Shown here one piece after another: positions 1 to 5,748 of a stretch of DNA of 32,328 bases; positions within the stretch are counted from its first letter, which is position 1; every line of letters begins with the position of its first letter. The DNA is taken from the sequence record SRR2962707_3356. The stretch is one strand, 5' to 3'. The translations under genes were made by a program, and so were the position numbers. Under the pieces are notes generated by a model. That model made no database searches. It saw only the letters and a program-made list of their open reading frames with translations, and was not told the origin of the DNA.

Positions 1-223
1 GTTCAAAATCCCGATCCAAGCGGCGATTGGCGGCAAGGTGATTGCCCGTGAAACTCTGTCGGCGATGCGCAAAGACGTGACCGCAAAATGCTACGGCGGC
101 GACGCGACGCGTAAGAAAAAACTGCTGGAGAAGCAGAAGGCCGGTAAAAAGAAGATGCGTCAGTTCGGGAAAGTGGACATTCCACAGCAGGCGTTCATCT
201 CGGCGCTTAAGATGGACAACTAA
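1..223 (+). CDS. lepA: Elongation factor 4 (LepA), C-terminal fragment, 5'-truncated by the window
   Basis: Frame from position 2 reads [65 protein letters not shown], the LepA C-terminal signature; stop TAA 221-223. Confidence 0.97.
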   Translation, partial: FKIPIQAAIGGKVIARETLSAMRKDVTAKCYGGDATRKKKLLEKQKAGKKKMRQFGKVDIPQQAFISALKMDN

Positions 224-245
224 AGCCTATTTTCTTGGCGATCAG

Positions 246-270
246 AAGGCGGGGCTATCCCGCCTTTTTT
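246..270 (+). terminator. Intrinsic terminator after lepA
   Basis: AAGGCGGG-GCTAT-CCCGCCTT stem followed by T-run to 270. Confidence 0.8.
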
Positions 271-304
271 ATGTCTTGTGGAAACTTCCAACGCCCCTCC
301 CCCT

Positions 305-658
305 TCAATGGCCGATCACGTCTTTCCAAGCCGCCTCGTCTACGGCTTTCAATCGGTCGAGCGCGTCTTGGGCGCGGCGTTTCAGAACATCTTTGGAAGC
401 GGCCTTTACGGCCTCGACGTCGTCGATAAATCCTCCGATTTCCGGCAAGGCGACATTGGCGTTATCCGCCAAGAGCTTTAGCGCCTCATGCACCTTGCCC
501 AGCTGTTTGCCATAGCTCGCCACATCGCGGATGACAGCCAGTTCAATTTCCGGAATTCCGGCGATTTGCGTGCTGAACTCTGGGTCGATATCTTGTTTGA
601 CGTCACCGGACAAGGGAAAGCGAAAGGTGGGGGACCATAGGGAGAATGGACCAAACAT
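305..658 (-). CDS. Hypothetical protein (117 aa), largely helical, possibly PHA-regulon associated
   Basis: ATG at 658 preceded by AGGAG SD; protein MFGPFSLWSPTFRFPLSGDVKQDIDP...DVASYGKQLGKVHEAL; start moved from ORF-track 739 to the SD-supported ATG. Confidence 0.75.
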   Translation of the reverse strand: MFGPFSLWSPTFRFPLSGDVKQDIDPEFSTQIAGIPEIELAVIRDVASYGKQLGKVHEALKLLADNANVALPEIGGFIDDVEAVKAASKDVLKRRAQDALDRLKAVDEAAWKDVIGH

Positions 659-691
659 TAATCTTCTCCTAGCTGAATACGTGCACAGCAT

Positions 692-706
692 TGCCGCGAT
701 GCAGCA
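692..706. promoter_or_regulatory. Putative PhaR-type operator
   Basis: TGCCGC-GAT-GCAGCA, near-palindrome resembling the alphaproteobacterial PhaR motif TGCTGC-N3-GCAGCA (1 mismatch). Confidence 0.45.
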
Positions 707-794
707 TTCGGTCAAGGGACGTATCACAAGAAAACACATGCGCTAAAACGAATACCTGCTAGTGTCAAAAGTACAAATAGGGAGGATTTAGACC

Positions 795-1223
795 GTGAAA
801 CATCTCGTCACTGCCGCCGCGCTTTTATTGGCGACCCAAGCCTTTGCCGAAGGCAAGTCACATTATGTGGCGATCCATGTCGACCAAAATGACCCGCAAG
901 TCATGAACATGGCACTGAATAACGCACAGAATGTAAACAATTATTACGAGTCTGTTGGAGATAACGTTACAATCGAATTGGTCGCCTATGGCCCCGGCCT
1001 GAACATGTTCATTCCGGGCAAGAGCCCCGTTGAACAGCGGATCAGCAGCATGAGCCTTGAGCTTGATAACCTAAGCTTTGCGGCCTGCGGGAACACCCTG
1101 AAAGGTATGCAGAAAAAAGCAGGCCATGACATTGCCCTGATGTCGGAGGCGGTTGTAACCCCCTCCGGAGTTGTCCGTCTGATCGAGCTTCAGGAACAAG
1201 GCTACGCTTACGTCCGCCCTTGA
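795..1223 (+). CDS. Exported DsrE/DsrF-like family protein
   Basis: GGAGG SD at 781-785, GTG start; Sec signal MKHLVTAAALLLATQAFA; DsrE-like motifs IELVAYGPGL, FAACGNT, SGVVRLIELQEQGYAYVRP. Confidence 0.85.
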   Translation: MKHLVTAAALLLATQAFAEGKSHYVAIHVDQNDPQVMNMALNNAQNVNNYYESVGDNVTIELVAYGPGLNMFIPGKSPVEQRISSMSLELDNLSFAACGNTLKGMQKKAGHDIALMSEAVVTPSGVVRLIELQEQGYAYVRP

Positions 1224-1227
1224 GGGC

Positions 1228-1605
1228 TTAAAACGACACACCGGCGAACAAAACAATATTTGAATACGGAGTACCTTCGCCGGTGCGCACAATCGCGACA
1301 GCGCTGGCACTCAGCTCTTTGAGGGCTTCATGAGAACAGGGTTCGGCCGTAACACGCTCTTCAAATTGGGCGCGCACCTCATCGCTGGCCTCGCTGGCGA
1401 TGACCGCGTGTTCAACCATCAACTCCTCAAGCACCGCGTCCAGAACCTCCCAAAAACCCGGCACACCTAACGTCACAGCAAGGTCGATGCAGGGCACCCC
1501 TTCAGGAACTGGCAGACCCGCATCGCCAATCACCAATTTTTGGCCATGGCCCATCATCGCGATGCTCCGCGAAAGCTCTGCGTTTAGAATTCCAGATTTT
1601 TTCAT
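1228..1605 (-). CDS. rbsD: D-ribose pyranase (RbsD/FucU family)
   Basis: MKKSGILNAELS...MGHGQKLVIGDAGLPVP...IDLA...VRTGEGTPYSNIVL motifs typical of RbsD. Confidence 0.92.
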   Translation of the reverse strand: MKKSGILNAELSRSIAMMGHGQKLVIGDAGLPVPEGVPCIDLAVTLGVPGFWEVLDAVLEELMVEHAVIASEASDEVRAQFEERVTAEPCSHEALKELSASAVAIVRTGEGTPYSNIVLFAGVSF

Positions 1606-1711
1606 GAGGTCCCCCTAGCCAGAAATCCTGTCCGCCGTACCAGCCCTGCAGGCAAACAAACAGTAAATTTTCAGCGTATCGCACAATTTTCGCGCGCCAC
1701 GCCCAAAATTT

Positions 1712-1725
1712 TTGACCCAGATCAA
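1712..1725. promoter_or_regulatory. FNR/FnrL box
   Basis: TTGAC-CCAG-ATCAA, fits TTGA(T/C)-N4-ATCAA and is identical to the box at 29325-29338. Confidence 0.7.
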
Positions 1726-1759
1726 AGGAGGTATCTTTTGTATCCGTTAACTCTATGTC

Positions 1760-1870
1760 ACGCGATGATGACAGAGTTTCCAACTCTTCTGCATAACGTG
1801 TTTTCCGACGCCCAGCGACGGGAATGGGCGGTGTTGAGGCAGCATGAGGGGTGCGGCCTCCACCGTCAAC
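1760..1870. ncRNA. Candidate structured small RNA (strand uncertain; + favoured by FNR-box spacing)
   Basis: Intergenic; hairpins CGCCCA/TGGGCG and GAGGC-GCA/TGC-GCCTC; begins about 41.5 bp from the FNR box centre. Confidence 0.3.
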
Positions 1871-2338
1871 TTACTCGTCCCGCTCCATCCGTACATCGTC
1901 TAATACAGCTTGCGCCGCGGTTTCGATCAAATCCAAAGCACCGTTAAAATCTCCTGTGTAATATGGATCGGGCACATACGTATTCCTGGGATCAGGATCA
2001 TATTCCATGAACCTCCGCACAACCGTACGCGAATCGGCAGGCTTTAGCGCCTCGAGGTCATCGAAGTTGTCATCATCCATAGCAAGGATCAGGTCGAAAC
2101 GATCAAAGTCCGCAGCGGTTACCTTCCGTGCCCCCAAGCCTGTCAGGTCAATCCCACGGGCCCGCGCCGCGGCTTGCATCTTGCCATAGGGCGGTTCCCC
2201 AAGGTGCCACGCCCCGGTTCCCGCACTGTCGATTTCCAAGACCATCCCCTGTTCATTGGCCAAATGCCGCAAAACCCCTTCTGCCGCCGGAGAACGACAG
2301 ATGTTGCCCAGACAGACAAAGAGAATACGATGCGTCAT
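1871..2338 (-). CDS. Low-molecular-weight protein-tyrosine phosphatase
   Basis: P-loop FVCLGNICRSP, DSAGTGAWH and VPDPYY motifs; GGAG SD before ATG 2338. Confidence 0.95.
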   Translation of the reverse strand: MTHRILFVCLGNICRSPAAEGVLRHLANEQGMVLEIDSAGTGAWHLGEPPYGKMQAAARARGIDLTGLGARKVTAADFDRFDLILAMDDDNFDDLEALKPADSRTVVRRFMEYDPDPRNTYVPDPYYTGDFNGALDLIETAAQAVLDDVRMERDE

Positions 2339-2389
2339 AAAACACTCCATAAAAGCAATCGCGGTTAATTCATTTTAGGATAAAGCATC

Positions 2390-3103
2390 ATGGGCATAGG
2401 CAAAATTGTTATTCTCACTGGCGCGGGTATTTCCGCTGAGAGCGGTCTTGGCACGTTTCGAGATGAAGGCGGCCTATGGGCACAACATCGCATCGAAGAT
2501 GTCGCAACCCCGGAAGCCTTTGAAAGAAACCCTGCCCTGGTGCATGAATTTTACAATACACGTCGGCTCCAGGCGGCCGAAGCCTTGCCAAACGCCGCCC
2601 ACTTTGCCTTGACCCGGCTGCAAGCCTCTTGGCCCGACCCCGTCATTCTGGTTACCCAGAACGTAGACGGCTTGCACGAAAAGGCCGGAAGCCAGGCGAT
2701 TCACATGCACGGAGAGCTGGCGCGCGCGCTATGTTCAAGCTGCGCCCATCGTTGGGAAGCACCGGACAAAATGAGCCTTGGTGCATCTTGCCCCGCCTGT
2801 CGAGCACCGACCGCTCGACCAGACATCGTTTGGTTTGGCGAGATCCCCTATCACATGGATCAAATCGCCGAACATCTTCAAAGCTGTGATCTATTTGTGG
2901 CGATTGGCACCTCAGGTCAGGTCTACCCCGCCGCAGGTTTTGTACAGGAAGCCGCACTGTGCGGGGCCGAGACATTAGAGCTGAACCTGCGCGACAGCGA
3001 CATGTCTCACAGCTTTGACCGACATATCGTCGGCCCAGCCAGCCAAAACGTGCCTGACTGGGTCGATGGATTACTTGGAGATTTTGCGCCCTCACTCACC
3101 TGA
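2390..3103 (+). CDS. cobB: NAD-dependent protein deacylase (class III sirtuin)
   Basis: GAGISAESG, TQNVDGLH, HMHG, CxxC...CxxC Zn site, RPDIVWFGE, GTSGQVYPAAGF; FYNTRR (Y-x-x-R) acyl pocket. Confidence 0.95.
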   Translation: MGIGKIVILTGAGISAESGLGTFRDEGGLWAQHRIEDVATPEAFERNPALVHEFYNTRRLQAAEALPNAAHFALTRLQASWPDPVILVTQNVDGLHEKAGSQAIHMHGELARALCSSCAHRWEAPDKMSLGASCPACRAPTARPDIVWFGEIPYHMDQIAEHLQSCDLFVAIGTSGQVYPAAGFVQEAALCGAETLELNLRDSDMSHSFDRHIVGPASQNVPDWVDGLLGDFAPSLT

Positions 3104-3146
3104 GCGCGCAAAACAAGGTCTCACCCTAAATACTTAGTGTGACGCT

Positions 3147-3626
3147 TTATTTTTTGTTCATTTCCCCATGGGTCATATTCATAGCGCCGTGATCCGCTTT
3201 TCGATCGTGATCCACCGGGATGGCCACCACGACCTCACCAGCCTTTTCAAAGATCAAGGTCACGTCCACGGTCTCTCCCTGAACAAGGGATTGCTTCAAC
3301 CCCATGAACATAACGTGGTCACCGCCTCGTTTCAGAACATATTGCCCATCTGCCGGGATATCAAAACCCTCTTCGACATGGACCATGCGCATCACGCCTT
3401 CGCCATTGTCGATATGCGTGTGCAGTTCGACTTTGACAGCGACATCAGACGCCACATCAATCAGGTGATCCGCCTCACCAGAGTTTTCAATGATCATAAA
3501 GGCAGCGCCAGTCTTGGCCTTGGGCGAGGCACTGCGGACATAGGAATCTTTGATTGTGATATCGGCAATGGCGGGAAAAGCGGTGAAAGCGCACAGGGCG
3601 CTCACCAAAGCAACGGAATATTTCAT
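3147..3626 (-). CDS. Periplasmic copper chaperone PCu(A)C
   Basis: Signal peptide; TGAAFMII, VELHTH-x8-MRM and GGDHVMFMGL Cu-binding pattern; His/Met-rich C-terminal tail. Confidence 0.93.
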   Translation of the reverse strand: MKYSVALVSALCAFTAFPAIADITIKDSYVRSASPKAKTGAAFMIIENSGEADHLIDVASDVAVKVELHTHIDNGEGVMRMVHVEEGFDIPADGQYVLKRGGDHVMFMGLKQSLVQGETVDVTLIFEKAGEVVVAIPVDHDRKADHGAMNMTHGEMNKK

Positions 3627-3661
3627 AGTCTTTCCTTAATAGTCAGAGAATCAGTAAGAGC

Positions 3662-4012
3662 TCAGACGGAAAGTGGCGGCCCGCGTGCAGAGGCCGCTCT
3701 GGTCCATTGCGCGAATCTTTGTGTTTTTTGAATCCGAACGCTGAAACGTGACCAAATGACAGGTCGTTCCAGAAGGGTCGGTGATTGGCTTGTCGCCGCA
3801 AAAAGGGCGAGGGCCGCATCAGGGCAAATATGAACCTGTCCGACCGGCGCGCCGTTTTCATCCACCATCACAGTGACGGTGCCCTGCCCCGAACAGATGA
3901 CCATTGAGCCGACAGGCGACGGTGCGCCACGCGCTGCCGCAACTTGAAAACTTGTCACAATCAGGACAAGCGCAAGAACGACAGGAGTCATTTGGCGCAG
4001 CAACATCTTCAT
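3662..4012 (-). CDS. DUF2946-like (CruR/CutF-like) protein with C-terminal RGPP motif
   Basis: Hydrophobic N-terminus, MVIC40SGQG, H61-I-C63-P-D, ends ARGPPLSV; lies 35 nt upstream of the Cu chaperone. Confidence 0.75.
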   Translation of the reverse strand: MKMLLRQMTPVVLALVLIVTSFQVAAARGAPSPVGSMVICSGQGTVTVMVDENGAPVGQVHICPDAALALFAATSQSPTLLERPVIWSRFSVRIQKTQRFAQWTRAASARGPPLSV

Positions 4013-4067
4013 ACCGCTGACTTAATCACGGCAATCCCGAAACTCAACGTAACAATTGGGCGCAGGT

Positions 4068-4109
4068 AAAAAACAAACAAAAACAGCCGCTTCCATTGAA
4101 AGCGGCTGT
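4068..4109 (-). terminator. Intrinsic terminator after rpmB
   Basis: Minus strand ACAGCCGCTT-loop-AAGCGGCTGT followed by TTTTGTTTGTTTTTT. Confidence 0.85.
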
Positions 4110-4136
4110 ACAGTCCCTAATGGGAAAGGCTTAAGA

Positions 4137-4427
4137 TCAGGCCTGAGCAGCTTGTGCTTTAGCAATCTCTTTTTTGACCTTCAATGCGGAAGGCGACAAT
4201 TCGACGTCCTTCGCTTTGGCCAAGAATTTGTCCAATCCACCACGGTGGTCAACGCTGCGCAATGCGTGCGCAGAGATGCGGAATTTGATGCCACGACCCA
4301 ATGTTTCCGACTGAAGCGTAACATCGTTCAGGTTCGGCAAAAAACGGCGGCGGGTTCTGTTGTTGGCGTGGCTGACATTGTTGCCAGTCATCGGGCCTTT
4401 TCCGGTCAGTTCGCAAACACGCGACAT
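4137..4427 (-). CDS. rpmB: 50S ribosomal protein L28
   Basis: [33 protein letters not shown] signature. Confidence 0.98.
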   Translation of the reverse strand: MSRVCELTGKGPMTGNNVSHANNRTRRRFLPNLNDVTLQSETLGRGIKFRISAHALRSVDHRGGLDKFLAKAKDVELSPSALKVKKEIAKAQAAQA

Positions 4428-4516
4428 GTGTCTATCCTCGTATTTTCGGGCAGGTTGGCATCCCGCTCCAATATGAAAGGGCGCCGCAGAGGCAGCGCCC
4501 GGAATCTCGTCGAGCT

Positions 4517-4545
4517 TCCATATGCAATCGCCACATCAGCGTCAA
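4517..4545 (-). promoter_or_regulatory. Putative sigma70 promoter of rpmB
   Basis: TTGACG-17 nt-TATGGA on the minus strand. Confidence 0.55.
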
Positions 4546-4559
4546 GCCCGTAACCCAAT

Positions 4560-5540
4560 TTACACCTGCAGGTATGTGCTTAGCAAGCTCTCTGCCGCGG
4601 CCGTTGGGGCCATATCCCCGTTTTCCACTTGTGCCGCCAGTGCCATCATTGCGCCTTTCACCGGTTCGCGCCTCAAACGCGCCAAAAGCCCCTCGCGGAC
4701 TTCTGATTCGAACCAAAACCGCGCCTGAGCGGCGCGACGGGCCGCCCAATGACCATTTTCGCGGCGCCAATCAGCCAAGCCCGTCATTTCGGCCCAGGCC
4801 TGCTCAAGACCACTTTCTTGCAAAGCAGACACTGTGAGCGCCTTGGGAAAGCCTTCCGGGTCTTGCGGCCGTTTTCGCAGCAATCGAAGCGCACCGGCGT
4901 AATCCGCACAGGTCCGCATTGCCATAGGTTTCAGATCTCCATCTGCTTTGTTGACCAGAATCAGGTCTGCCATTTCCATGATTCCCCGCTTGACGCCCTG
5001 AAGCTCATCCCCCCCGGCCGGGGCGAGTAACAGCAAAAACAAGTCTGACATTTCGGCAACGACGGTTTCGGATTGCCCAACACCCACGGTTTCCACCAAT
5101 ACCGCATCAAAACCAGCCGCTTCACAAAGATCAATCGCTTCCCGGGTCCGGCGCGCAACCCCGCCCAAATGGGATTGGGCTGGTGACGGTCGGATAAAGG
5201 CATTCTTGTCCCGCGACAATTGCTCCATCCGGGTTTTATCCCCCAGAATCGATCCGCCCGTCCGTGCCGAACTTGGATCCACCGCCAACACGGCAACTTT
5301 CATGCCGCGTCCAGTCAACAAACAGCCAAACGCCTCAATAAACGTCGACTTGCCGACACCCGGCGTCCCCGACAAGCCAATGCGCAGCGCAGTATGCCCA
5401 TGCCCCCGCAAGCGATCTAACAGCGTCGCGGCCATCTGTCGGTGATCCTCGCGCGCACTTTCAACGAGCGTAATACCCCGCGCCAAAGCACGCCGTTCGC
5501 CCACCAATATGCCTTCGGCCAATGCTGCTATATCCATCAT
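4560..5540 (-). CDS. meaB: Methylmalonyl-CoA mutase-associated GTPase MeaB
   Basis: GLSGTPGVGKST, AVDPSS, GGSILGDKTRM, ETVGVGQSE, DELQGVKRGIME, NKAD; SD AGGAGGT before ATG 5540. Confidence 0.95.
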   Translation of the reverse strand: MMDIAALAEGILVGERRALARGITLVESAREDHRQMAATLLDRLRGHGHTALRIGLSGTPGVGKSTFIEAFGCLLTGRGMKVAVLAVDPSSARTGGSILGDKTRMEQLSRDKNAFIRPSPAQSHLGGVARRTREAIDLCEAAGFDAVLVETVGVGQSETVVAEMSDLFLLLLAPAGGDELQGVKRGIMEMADLILVNKADGDLKPMAMRTCADYAGALRLLRKRPQDPEGFPKALTVSALQESGLEQAWAEMTGLADWRRENGHWAARRAAQARFWFESEVREGLLARLRREPVKGAMMALAAQVENGDMAPTAAAESLLSTYLQV

Positions 5541-5605
5541 GGTCACCTCCTGCATGTCCCAGATGCCGGAGCATTTCCCCTTTGTCCAGAAGACGAAAAG
5601 TCCCC

Positions 5606-5658
5606 CTATCTTTTGGCGACAAATATCCCGGGGGGTGCGGGGGGGCAGCGCCCCCCGG
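5606..5658. repeat. GC-rich REP/MITE-like intergenic element
   Basis: ATCTTTTGGCGACAAATATCCCGGGGGGTGCGGGGGGGCAGCGCCCCCCG with a terminal G/C hairpin; resembles a short element I recall recurring in Rhodobacteraceae intergenic regions (not verified by search). Confidence 0.5.
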
Positions 5659-5748
5659 CCCGATTGGACTGCGTAAGCAGGTCGAAGTAACGGTTAACCC
5701 CAATCGGTCATCTGGACGTTCAGCCCGGGACAGCCCATAACGCCAGAT

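Noticed and set aside
4560-5540. meaB without an adjacent methylmalonyl-CoA mutase gene
   Set aside because: Unlinked meaB is not unusual in alphaproteobacteria; not evidence of novelty
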